This document shows positions 54,009 to 62,341 of a stretch of DNA of 64,000 nucleotides, piece by piece. The notes beneath the pieces are model-generated. The model was not told where the DNA came from, made no database searches, and saw only the letters and a list, made by a program, of their open reading frames with translations. A program made the translations under genes and the position numbers. Position 1 is the first letter of the stretch; every line of letters begins with the position of its first letter. The stretch covers positions 71 to 64,070 of the forward strand of contig CAJIYT010000001.1 of NCBI GenBank assembly GCA_905181715.1, written 5' to 3'. The DNA comes from an uncultured Candidatus Poseidoniales archaeon (GTDB lineage: Archaea > Thermoplasmatota > Poseidoniia > Poseidoniales > Poseidoniaceae).

Positions 54009-55016
54009 TCAAGCGATTTTGAGATGCTTGACCGAGGGTGCGATTCCCAAGTCCTCTGGGAAGGCGATTTCGGCTTCTGGTATGGGGATTGGAATCATTT
54101 CATTACCGATTAGAGCAACACGCGAAGGCCGACTGTCCGAGAGAACCCTGCGATTGGTTAGAGGAGCTAGAGTATTTGAAAAGTCGAGAATATTTTCGTG
54201 ACTTGGCATATTCTCCATCGATAGGTTCTCACGACTATGGCCGACAAAGACGTAGCCCTTTGCCTCTATCCAATCAGGATCGGCGCGGTTGTCGAGCGCA
54301 GCGAATTCACGGATGTTTTGCTCTGACATATTCTTGCCTTTTATCAAAGTGTGACGGCAGACAATTCTGGTATCTAGTGAAGGAAGGAGATCAATTGTTT
54401 GTTCAAATCTATCCCAGGCCGCACTATTCCACTTAGGTTTACAGATGTCATCGAAGACCTGCTTATTTGGAGCATCGACACTAACGTAGAGTTGAGTTGG
54501 CAAAGTATCGAGTTCAGCGAGGACCTTGGGAAAAGTCCCGTTGGTAACTAGCATGGTTGTCATACCATGTTTGTGGCACAATTCCATATATTCTGAAAGA
54601 CGTGTGTAAAGGGTTGGTTCGCCATTCAGAGAAATCGCTACGTGTTTTGGATTCTGAGCATCAAGCCATTTATCGCGAGGTACAGCATCATTACCGCCGA
54701 ATCCACTGAGGAGCCTACGCTGGGCTCGCACCGATTCATAGAGCATTTCAAGCGGGTCTTGGTCTGTTAACTCGAGCGAATCCATATGTGGTTCTCGCCA
54801 ACAATATGTGCAGGCTAGGTTACATTGATCAACCACTGGCGACATCTGCATGCAATTATGACTAGCGATACCGTAGAATTGCCCCTTGTAGCATTGGCGA
54901 TCACGTAGAAGTGACTCCTTTGTCCAATGGCAGGTTTTTACCCCACCATGCTCGCCGACCAAATGGTAACGTTGTTTCTGTAATTTAGCCTTCAAGAGAA
55001 GATCCATTGCTATCAC
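54009..55016 (-). CDS. taw1: radical-SAM 4-demethylwyosine synthase (TYW1/Taw1)
   Basis: HGGVKTCHWTKESL, SPVVDQCNLACTYCWR (CxxxCxxC) and AISLNGEPTLY. Confidence 0.85.
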   Translation of the reverse strand: MIAMDLLLKAKLQKQRYHLVGEHGGVKTCHWTKESLLRDRQCYKGQFYGIASHNCMQMSPVVDQCNLACTYCWREPHMDSLELTDQDPLEMLYESVRAQRRLLSGFGGNDAVPRDKWLDAQNPKHVAISLNGEPTLYTRLSEYMELCHKHGMTTMLVTNGTFPKVLAELDTLPTQLYVSVDAPNKQVFDDICKPKWNSAAWDRFEQTIDLLPSLDTRIVCRHTLIKGKNMSEQNIREFAALDNRADPDWIEAKGYVFVGHSRENLSMENMPSHENILDFSNTLAPLTNRRVLSDSRPSRVALIGNEMIPIPIPEAEIAFPEDLGIAPSVKHLKIA

Positions 55017-55102
55017 TCCTTGAGCCGTTCCCGTCTTTTGCAGAGCGGTAGCGGGGCGGCTCGGAACATGCTCCCCTGTTGGTTTTACACTTTGAATCCC
55101 AA

Positions 55103-55140
55103 AGGTGTCTAGAAAAACACCTGATGTATGAAAAACACCT
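55103..55140 (+). repeat. direct repeat GAAAAACACCT x2 plus an inverted AGGTGT arm
   Basis: AGGTGT (55103-55108) pairs with ACACCT (55117-55122). GAAAAACACCT occurs at 55112-55122 and 55130-55140. Confidence 0.5.
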
Positions 55141-55164
55141 AACTGTTGGCCCCCATACCGGTTG

Positions 55165-55173
55165 TTAATATAG
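55165..55173 (+). promoter_or_regulatory. TATA-like TTAATATAG upstream of the 55-aa sORF
   Basis: 42 nt before ATG 55207. It is bracketed by the GC-only inverted repeat GCCCCC (55149-55154) / GGGGGC (55173-55178). Confidence 0.35.
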
Positions 55174-55206
55174 GGGGCGCTTTACAATTTACACCAGGGA
55201 ACTAAC

Positions 55207-55374
55207 ATGGATAACGAACTTGAAACATGGACTGAAAAAATAATGGACGAACAACAATATCGCAACGGTATATTTACAGATTTAAAATCTCGAATCGCTC
55301 GTTTTGGTAGTAATCTCCGTAGTGGATTTACTAGTAAAAGAACAAGCCATACGGCTTTAACAAAAGGTGAATGA
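55207..55374 (+). CDS. hypothetical small protein (55 aa)
   Basis: Below the track cut-off. Manual translation gives MDNELETWTEKIMDEQQYRNGIFTDLKSRIARFGSNLRSGFTSKRTSHTALTKGE. The upstream geometry (TATA-like element about 42 nt away, AGGGA about 10 nt away) resembles that of rps2 and the ABC ATPase. Confidence 0.35.
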   Translation: MDNELETWTEKIMDEQQYRNGIFTDLKSRIARFGSNLRSGFTSKRTSHTALTKGE

Positions 55375-55516
55375 TTTGAGCGAAGGGACTCTGCATACAG
55401 CCGACACCTTTCTACCCGTTTGGGCTCGATTTTTCCATCGCCTCTTTTGGGGCAGCCGTGTGGTCTCTGAATAGTTTCTCAGTCAGCATTTAGGCTGACA
55501 TGGATTGAAACTATGG

Positions 55517-55524
55517 TTTAATAG
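55517..55524 (+). promoter_or_regulatory. TATA-like TTTAATAG upstream of the ABC ATPase gene
   Basis: 40 nt before ATG 55557, with GAGGG 7-11 nt before the ATG. Confidence 0.4.
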
Positions 55525-55556
55525 GTGATTCATTAGCACCGGCATGAGGGTACTAA

Positions 55557-56279
55557 ATGGCGCTATTGGAAGTAAGTGATTTGAAGCGCTCTTTTGGCAG
55601 CGGCGATAACCGTCTTGATGTGCTAAAAGGAGTGGACATGTCCATCGAAAGCGGCGAACTAGTCGCATTGATGGGTCCATCTGGATCTGGTAAATCGACT
55701 CTTCTCAATATTATAGGTGGATTGTTACCTGCTGATAGTGGAGTTATAGAACTCGATGGGATGACATATGGACGTAAAGGTCCAGCACAAGTAGTTGATA
55801 TCCGCCGTGAGAAAATCGGATGGATATTTCAGGACTTTCATTTGATTGCACACCTTTCAGCGCTTGATAATGTAGCTCTTGCTCTTGAAATTGCTGGAGT
55901 CACAAGTGCTGAGGCTGAGAAAGCTGCAACATCTGCTCTCGAAAGAGTCGGTTTGTCAGATCGTATTCACCATATACCAGATCAACTGAGTGGGGGTCAG
56001 CAACAGAGGGTTGCAATTGCCAGAGCAATCGCTGGAAGTCGGCCGGTCTTACTCGCCGACGAACCAACGGGCAATCTCGATATTCAGAGTGGTAAAGATG
56101 TTCTAGAATTATTTAGAGAATTATGTCATGATGAGATTAATCCTATATCCATTCTACTAGTTACTCACGATCCAGAACTTGCCAGTAAGGCCGACCGAAT
56201 GCTCTTGCTCAATGATGGTAAGACTGCGGCTAGCAATATCCGCGATGCCTGGGGACTTGATGGAGGGGAAGAGGAATGA
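55557..56279 (+). CDS. ABC transporter ATP-binding protein (MacB/LolD-like)
   Basis: Walker A GPSGSGKST, signature LSGGQQQRVAIARA and Walker B LLADEPTGNLD. Confidence 0.9.
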   Translation: MALLEVSDLKRSFGSGDNRLDVLKGVDMSIESGELVALMGPSGSGKSTLLNIIGGLLPADSGVIELDGMTYGRKGPAQVVDIRREKIGWIFQDFHLIAHLSALDNVALALEIAGVTSAEAEKAATSALERVGLSDRIHHIPDQLSGGQQQRVAIARAIAGSRPVLLADEPTGNLDIQSGKDVLELFRELCHDEINPISILLVTHDPELASKADRMLLLNDGKTAASNIRDAWGLDGGEEE

Positions 56280-59200
56280 GTATCAAGCGTCGTATCCGTG
56301 ACTTCCCAGATAACATGCGTCTTGCTGCAATCAGCTCATGGCGCGGTAGAGAACGTGGATTAGCAGTCTTTGCTGGAGTATTCCTCGCCAGTCTAGTAAT
56401 TACTACGGTATTGTCTTATGGCGTTGGTTTATCTCAGATTTTCTTCCAGGAATCCTTGGAACAAGAGCCCTTTGATGCAAAAATAGAATTTTCTTCTGCA
56501 CCTGCATACAATACTACTGGTTGGTCTAATGACACTTCAGTGATGTCAGGTGTTTGTGATGAATTAGTCGAATGGAAGGAAATAATGGATTGTACGATTG
56601 TCTTTGGTCGGCAAGGAATTCATGGTGGTGGCTTTTTCAATCGGGATTTCGTCGTTGCTCAGCCACTGGTAATGGAGTCAATTACTGCACCTAATCCGTT
56701 ATGGGCTAATATTTCATTCACTTATCCAGAACTAGCAGACAGCGGTCCTCCAATTTCCAATATGAGAGGTATACGTCTTCTTGGCCCAGAAGCATTCGAT
56801 GGAGAAATCAGTGAACGTCTCGGAGTTCAGATTATCAGCGGCATGGGTGAATGGCCAACTCCTGAGGTGATGGAGGAGAAGAGAGGAGTGATTATACCAT
56901 CTAATGTTGCCAGTGAGGCTAAAGCAGAAGTTGGCGATAATTTAGCTGAATTAACTTTCAAGTATACTGTGGATAAAAAGTTAGCAGTTGAAGGGGGATT
57001 CGATGATGATGAATGTGACGGAGACGTAAATTTCGCTGATAATGGTTACATCTATTGCAAGATTCCTATTACTCTTCAAAATCTAACAATCGTTGGAATT
57101 TACGAGCCATGGGATTTGGGTAATCCTACACTTTCCCCTAATCCAATATTTACTATTTATTCAGTTATGGATGTCGAAGATCAAGTGAAATTGATCGATG
57201 CTGATCATATCTATCTCGGTATCACATTAGATCGCACACAGATGCCTACCACTTCGACTGCAGAAGCCGAAGAATGGTTACAGGACCTTGGTGTGCGTAT
57301 TAGTGATAGCACATTCGCCGGTGGAGAAATCGAGTTGTACTACTTCGATATAGTAGGGGGTACAATTATTTTCCTCAATATCTTCCTTGGTTTGATACAG
57401 ACTTTTGATTACATAATCATGATTCCAATTGTAGTTTTATCATTATCTGTTTTGATTTATGGATTGATTTTATCTTTGGAGCAAAGACGTCGTGAAATAA
57501 GTATTCATCGCGTTATAGGAGCCGATTCTAAAGGTTTGCAAGGTATGGTTTTACTGGAATTATCAGTGATGGCCTCAGTTGCTTGGCTTGTAGGATATTT
57601 ACTCGCTTTAGCAGCTGTGCCGCTAGTACTATCCAGTGTTGGATTCATGGCTTTCAAACCCGGAGATATCTCTGTTAACCCAGCATTAGGCGTCGTAGCA
57701 ACTATGGCAACGGCATTCGCAACAGTTGGCTTGGCACTTCTTTTCGGCCGTTCTCGTGCTAGAGACTTTATTGAATTGGAAATAGAAGAAGGAGTACGCA
57801 AAGTCATCGAAGTCAATAAGCCGAAAAGGTGGTTACATTGGTCACTATTCCTCATCGGTCTATTGGGTATGATTGATACTTGGTTAGAAATGAATGGTAG
57901 TGAAGATGGTATTATCTCTAATTTCTTTATTGAAGGCCTAATCAACATATTCGGTCCGTTCATGCTTTGGATTGGTGGAGCACTATTGCTTGCTAGAATC
58001 GGAGCCGCTGGGCCAAAAATCATGCAATTGATATTCGGCAGAACCGCTCTACTCAAGGATGTAAAGCGCGGTCTTCAAGGGTCTGGGTCAACAGAATCAG
58101 TCAATCGGCTAGCAATCATCATGCTTCTCACTCTCTCAATAGTAACCCTTGCAGCAGTGCAGGGATACACCGGGACTTTGGTCGATGAGAGAACAGCGAG
58201 TGCAACGGTCGGATCTGATTTACAGATTACTTTCGAAGAGCCGGTTAACTCGTCTACAGCCTTGTCTATCGTTGAACAAGTCTATGGTTCTGAGGCAACT
58301 TTATTGGCGACAAATATACCATCTCTCACTTTGAGATCTCTGGATAATGGCGATACTTATCAGGCGTGGGTATTGCTTGAAAATGGCGAGGATATCCTTG
58401 ATTGGCCCGAGCAAGCAGTACCTGGAAGTTCGGTCGATACAGCCCTTGAATCATATCAAGATTTGACATTTAGTGCTGGCGAGGATGCAGCATACGCTCT
58501 CAAACTATGGGGTTCAGGGCGCCGCGGTGGAAGTTCAGACTCTGGCGATGAATTACTTGCAGCAGATGATGATCGCTCTGAGGAATTAACCTTGATTTGG
58601 GACGAGATAGAATTCGAAACCAGTACGGATGGAGACGGTGAGGCTCCAAATCTCACCGAGCAACTCGCAGGCTACAAGAGCCTTACTAAAATCGACATGA
58701 GTGGATTAAACCTTTCAGGGCAGAATTTATCAAATCGTGATTTGGGATTGGCAGACTTCACCTCTACCAACCTCACGGGAGCCAATCTCTCGGGGTCTAA
58801 TCTCTCAGAATCATTATTGGTTGGAACTTCATTGAGAGGAGCTAATCTCTCTGGTGCTAATCTTGGGAATGCTATAATTGTCGTAGACGGGGAATCATTC
58901 GGTGACACTGACCTATCGAACGCAAGCCTTACCGGGGCATTCGGGTTCTTTGATTTCAGCAACGCCGCTAGGATTGACGGTGCAACTTGTCCAGATGGCG
59001 ATTCATCGTCAATCTCTTCATGTGTATCCACAAGTATGCCTCCGCCATTGGCATTACCACTACTGAGTGCAGATGTCTCGATTAAAATAACTAATACTGA
59101 GCACAGTATAGATCTGCGCTATATCGGAACACATGAATTCATTCCTGGGGTTTCATCTGTTACTATGTCAAACTCTTTGATAATCGGCGAAAGTTCGTGG

Positions 59201-59830
59201 AGACAATTAATCGGTGAAGATAATTATGTCAATTACACTACAAATGTTTGGATACTCAAAATCGATTCAGTTGAAGGAGAAGAACTTCAGGCTTTGAGAG
59301 CGAATGTCGAAGCAGATTGGCGAGTATCAAGTGCTATGGATTGGTCGACTGAACACGAAAAGGTAGAACGGGATAGCGGTCTGATATTCGGTACTCCTGG
59401 CCTTCTTTCTCTACAATTCGTAGTTGCTAGTCTCGCCGCAGTCGCATCTTCTTTCGTTTTCCTATCCCTGGTGCTTAATCAGAGGAAAAAAGAATTGGCA
59501 ATCCTGCAGGCGATTGGAGCAAGTCCTAGTCAAATAATCAGGCTGGTTTTGTTTGAGATTTTGTCAATCGTAATGGTTTCGATGGCACTTGGTGTTCTGC
59601 TTGGCATGGGCTTGGCTTTAGCATTCAACGGTTTCTTCGGAGTATTCGGTTTCATCTTCCAAATATTCGGTAGTTCAACCGCCACGCCTATCGATAGAGA
59701 TCTGGTTTGGCCATGGTTCGAATTGGGTCTTGTTTCACTCTCGGTATTCATCGCTGTGGTGATGGCATTGTTATTCACCACGAGAAAGGCATTGCGTTCA
59801 GATTTAGCCAGTGTGCTCAAGGGGGAGTGA
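56276..59830 (+). CDS. FtsX/MacB-type ABC permease, single chain with two FtsX modules and two large ectodomains (1,184 aa)
   Basis: ATGA overlap with the ATPase. TM1 LAVFAGVFLASLVITTVLSY. First FtsX block around LEQRRREISIHRVIGADSKGL. Second block around LNQRKKELAILQAIGASPSQII. The C-terminus ends RKALRSDLASVLKGE. Confidence 0.85.
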   Translation: MSIKRRIRDFPDNMRLAAISSWRGRERGLAVFAGVFLASLVITTVLSYGVGLSQIFFQESLEQEPFDAKIEFSSAPAYNTTGWSNDTSVMSGVCDELVEWKEIMDCTIVFGRQGIHGGGFFNRDFVVAQPLVMESITAPNPLWANISFTYPELADSGPPISNMRGIRLLGPEAFDGEISERLGVQIISGMGEWPTPEVMEEKRGVIIPSNVASEAKAEVGDNLAELTFKYTVDKKLAVEGGFDDDECDGDVNFADNGYIYCKIPITLQNLTIVGIYEPWDLGNPTLSPNPIFTIYSVMDVEDQVKLIDADHIYLGITLDRTQMPTTSTAEAEEWLQDLGVRISDSTFAGGEIELYYFDIVGGTIIFLNIFLGLIQTFDYIIMIPIVVLSLSVLIYGLILSLEQRRREISIHRVIGADSKGLQGMVLLELSVMASVAWLVGYLLALAAVPLVLSSVGFMAFKPGDISVNPALGVVATMATAFATVGLALLFGRSRARDFIELEIEEGVRKVIEVNKPKRWLHWSLFLIGLLGMIDTWLEMNGSEDGIISNFFIEGLINIFGPFMLWIGGALLLARIGAAGPKIMQLIFGRTALLKDVKRGLQGSGSTESVNRLAIIMLLTLSIVTLAAVQGYTGTLVDERTASATVGSDLQITFEEPVNSSTALSIVEQVYGSEATLLATNIPSLTLRSLDNGDTYQAWVLLENGEDILDWPEQAVPGSSVDTALESYQDLTFSAGEDAAYALKLWGSGRRGGSSDSGDELLAADDDRSEELTLIWDEIEFETSTDGDGEAPNLTEQLAGYKSLTKIDMSGLNLSGQNLSNRDLGLADFTSTNLTGANLSGSNLSESLLVGTSLRGANLSGANLGNAIIVVDGESFGDTDLSNASLTGAFGFFDFSNAARIDGATCPDGDSSSISSCVSTSMPPPLALPLLSADVSIKITNTEHSIDLRYIGTHEFIPGVSSVTMSNSLIIGESSWRQLIGEDNYVNYTTNVWILKIDSVEGEELQALRANVEADWRVSSAMDWSTEHEKVERDSGLIFGTPGLLSLQFVVASLAAVASSFVFLSLVLNQRKKELAILQAIGASPSQIIRLVLFEILSIVMVSMALGVLLGMGLALAFNGFFGVFGFIFQIFGSSTATPIDRDLVWPWFELGLVSLSVFIAVVMALLFTTRKALRSDLASVLKGE
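58697..58990 (+). other. pentapeptide-repeat segment inside the second ectodomain of the permease
   Basis: MSGLNLSGQNLSNRDLGLADFTSTNLTGANLSGSNLSESLLVGTSLRGANLSGANLGNA...DLSNASLTGAFGFFDFSNAARIDGA. This follows the A(D/N)LxX periodicity and carries many N-x-S/T sequons. Confidence 0.75.
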
Positions 59831-59832
59831 AT

Positions 59833-60906
59833 ATGGACGATAAAGAGATAATTGCCAAGGCTGACAGCCACGATGGCAATGCAATAAATCTTCAACAGGA
59901 TAGCCCTGTTCAAGATGATGCGGTAATAGACGACAACGAGGTAATTCTTGAAGCGGACAGCCTATACCACGTCTATGAATCTAAAGCTGAAGACGGTAAT
60001 GTTGTCGCTTTACGTGGTCTTCACGTCAAGGTCTTGGCCGGCGAAGCAGTAGCGGTTGTCGGACCATCTGGCAGCGGTAAATCTACCCTGCTAAAGTGCC
60101 TCGGCGGATTGATGAAACCGAGCGCAGGTTCGGTTTCTCTTGCCAACAAGAATATGACTAGACTTTCAGGAAAGGAATTGGTAAAACTCAGACAGAAAAC
60201 GGTCTCATTTATCTTCCAAGAAGGTAACCTCTTGCCAGATCTTTCAGCGCGTGACAATGTCGCTCAACCCTTACGCCACCAAGGTGTTAGGGCAAAGGTC
60301 GCTCACAAGAAAGCGATGGACATCCTAGAGCGTTTAGGAATGGGTCACAGAGCGATGGCAAGACCATCTATGCTCAGTGGAGGCGAGCAGCAAAGAGTCG
60401 CTATCGCCAGAGCTCTCATCACCGAACCGCGTCTTATCCTTGCCGATGAGCCGACCGGAGCATTGGACCCGGTTACCAGTAGAGAAGTACTCAAATTATT
60501 CAAAGATCTACACGATAATGACGGAGTTTCATTCTTGATAGTAACCCACTCTAAGGAGGTTTCAATGTTTGCTGATAGATCACTCGAATTGCGTGATGGT
60601 AGGTTCGTCGCTGAACATGGCAGAGATGTTAATGTGAAAGACCTCAGTGCAGGTAGAGAATTAATCGTCGATGACTTTGGTACGATTACCCTTCCTCCTG
60701 ATTTGTTGACCAGAATGGGTGGTCCTGGCAGATACACAGTTGGTGAGGTATCAAGTGGTAATCTGCAATTGGTTGGCGATGTGGTTTCGGAGACGGGAGA
60801 AATGGTATTGGCCGCTAACTGTCCTGCCTGCAAACACGATTACCATGCTGACGACTCGCAACAATGCCCAGTCTGTGGTGCAAGCAGACCGATGGTCGAA
60901 AAGTGA
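59833..60906 (+). CDS. second ABC ATP-binding protein with N- and C-terminal extensions (AbrB-like segment plus Cys4 zinc ribbon)
   Basis: ATG 59833 follows GGGGGAGTGA; track start 59707 lies inside the permease gene. GPSGSGKSTL, LSGGEQQRVAIARAL and ILADEPTGALD. The C-terminal 110 aa or so contain GTITLPPDLLTRMGGPGRYTV and CPAC-x11-CPVC (60820-60876). Confidence 0.85.
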   Translation: MDDKEIIAKADSHDGNAINLQQDSPVQDDAVIDDNEVILEADSLYHVYESKAEDGNVVALRGLHVKVLAGEAVAVVGPSGSGKSTLLKCLGGLMKPSAGSVSLANKNMTRLSGKELVKLRQKTVSFIFQEGNLLPDLSARDNVAQPLRHQGVRAKVAHKKAMDILERLGMGHRAMARPSMLSGGEQQRVAIARALITEPRLILADEPTGALDPVTSREVLKLFKDLHDNDGVSFLIVTHSKEVSMFADRSLELRDGRFVAEHGRDVNVKDLSAGRELIVDDFGTITLPPDLLTRMGGPGRYTVGEVSSGNLQLVGDVVSETGEMVLAANCPACKHDYHADDSQQCPVCGASRPMVEK

Positions 60907-61269
60907 TCAAGCGGTTTTGACGCCATCTGGCCACAGAACTAGTATTAGCGTCTTACCGCGTGTCCTTGGAGTATGAGTTGTATCTGGGTTCATCCAGACG
61001 ATAGAGCCAGTAGGATAAGTGCCATCTTCGTCCCATACCTCGCCTTCCAAGACTAGGTAAGCCTCGCCGCCAGGATGTGTATGTGGCATGAAGGCATCTA
61101 CTTCTACCTCTGAATTAGCTTCGTATAGAACCAATGAGGTTTTGTCTTCGCGTGCAAGTTTACCAAGGCGAACTCCAGTGCCAAAATCCTTCCATTTGAC
61201 ATTGGCCTCTAGCCACTCTCTGTCGAAATCAAAGTTCATCCATTCGGACATATTGTGGGTGAAGGGCAT
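60907..61269 (-). CDS. cupin-domain protein
   Basis: HTHPGGEAYLVLEGEVWDEDGTYPTGSIVWMNPDTTHTP fits the cupin metal-site pattern (H.H...E ... H). Confidence 0.6.
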   Translation of the reverse strand: MPFTHNMSEWMNFDFDREWLEANVKWKDFGTGVRLGKLAREDKTSLVLYEANSEVEVDAFMPHTHPGGEAYLVLEGEVWDEDGTYPTGSIVWMNPDTTHTPRTRGKTLILVLWPDGVKTA

Positions 61270-61318
61270 GGTCTTGGCATCAAGCGCTCATTGATGACTT
61301 ATTCGGCCTCAATTTGAA

Positions 61319-62149
61319 ATGGCGAAGCATGTTCGCTGGTACGTGGTCGAACCTCTCAGTCTACCCAGTTTCCCGCCAATCAATGCATGGGACGCGTATA
61401 TCCTCTTCCTTTTGGTACCTATGCTGATGAGGCTGATTTTACTTAGCAGGCCATTTATCAGAGTCACTAAACAATTGGCACCACATGGAGGATGGTTCTT
61501 CAAACGCCTGAAGGAATTGCCGATAAGAGGAATGGGACTGCTCGCCTTTAACGAGGTTTTAGCATTCTTTTTACCGATGCTTTTGGTTTTGGTATTACGT
61601 TTGGTATCAGACCCACTCGGCTGGCAGACTTGGGATGAGACACCGGTTTTGGGATTGGTTTTGATAATCCTCGCTGGATTGCTATGGGTTGGCTTAGATC
61701 TTCTCAGAATAGCGCGGATAAGGCGCATGCTTTCGGCAATCGAGAAGCAGAATATCGAACGATTGCGCAAAGCAGCCGATGCTGGCTTAGGTGCACGTGG
61801 TTGGCTACGTCGCTTTGCCCGCAAGGATAAGGTGGAAGAGGAAGACGAGGACAGTTCGGTTTCTCGTGTAGCAAAAGGAGCATTGGCTACATGGGGGTTA
61901 AGGGTACTCAAAGCAAGAAAATTCACCCCAGCAGGACTAGTTTCTGCAGTGGCCACTGGTGCAGCAATCGAGGTTGCTCGTATGGGTGCTGACAAGGTTT
62001 CAGATATGATTGATGATAAAATGCAACATGAATTTGAGAAGATCGCTGAGACCAATTCAACAACTCTCCTCTTTTTGTTTATGCGTGATTTAGCCATGGG
62101 TATTATTCCGATACTCATTCTGTGGAGCACCCCCCTTATCACTGGATAG
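61319..62149 (+). CDS. membrane protein of unknown function
   Basis: Plausible TM helices (AYILFLLVPMLMRLILL, LLAFNEVLAFFLPMLLVLVL, VLGLVLIILAGLLWVGLDLL, LLFLFMRDLAMGIIPILILW) flank a charged central region. It is co-oriented with the downstream gpmA. A mirror ORF on the minus strand was judged a shadow ORF. Confidence 0.6.
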   Translation: MAKHVRWYVVEPLSLPSFPPINAWDAYILFLLVPMLMRLILLSRPFIRVTKQLAPHGGWFFKRLKELPIRGMGLLAFNEVLAFFLPMLLVLVLRLVSDPLGWQTWDETPVLGLVLIILAGLLWVGLDLLRIARIRRMLSAIEKQNIERLRKAADAGLGARGWLRRFARKDKVEEEDEDSSVSRVAKGALATWGLRVLKARKFTPAGLVSAVATGAAIEVARMGADKVSDMIDDKMQHEFEKIAETNSTTLLFLFMRDLAMGIIPILILWSTPLITG

Positions 62150-62341
62150 ATTGATGAAAAGTTGAAGAAGCGTTTCGGAGTCTATCTTGAGAGAAGCAAA
62201 ATGCACACGACTCTACTATATGCATGGCCAGTATTTCCTGCACTTTGGGTATTCATTATTTTCAATATTAGTTAGAACTTAAAGATTGAACTCGATGAAA
62301 AAGGTTCATTGATGCTCGGCAAGTCGGGGCACCTGAAGGGC

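Noticed and set aside
61309-62142. 277-aa minus-strand ORF as the real gene at this locus
   Set aside because: It is Ser/Arg/Lys-rich and low in complexity, with no TM or domain logic. The plus-strand frame gives a coherent membrane protein. It is recorded as a curiosity in the findings but not called as a CDS.
62201-62275. 24-aa hydrophobic mini-ORF (MHTTLLYAWPVFPALWVFIIFNIS) upstream of gpmA
   Set aside because: It is too short, has no RBS or promoter support, and could be a chance ORF in an AT-rich spacer.
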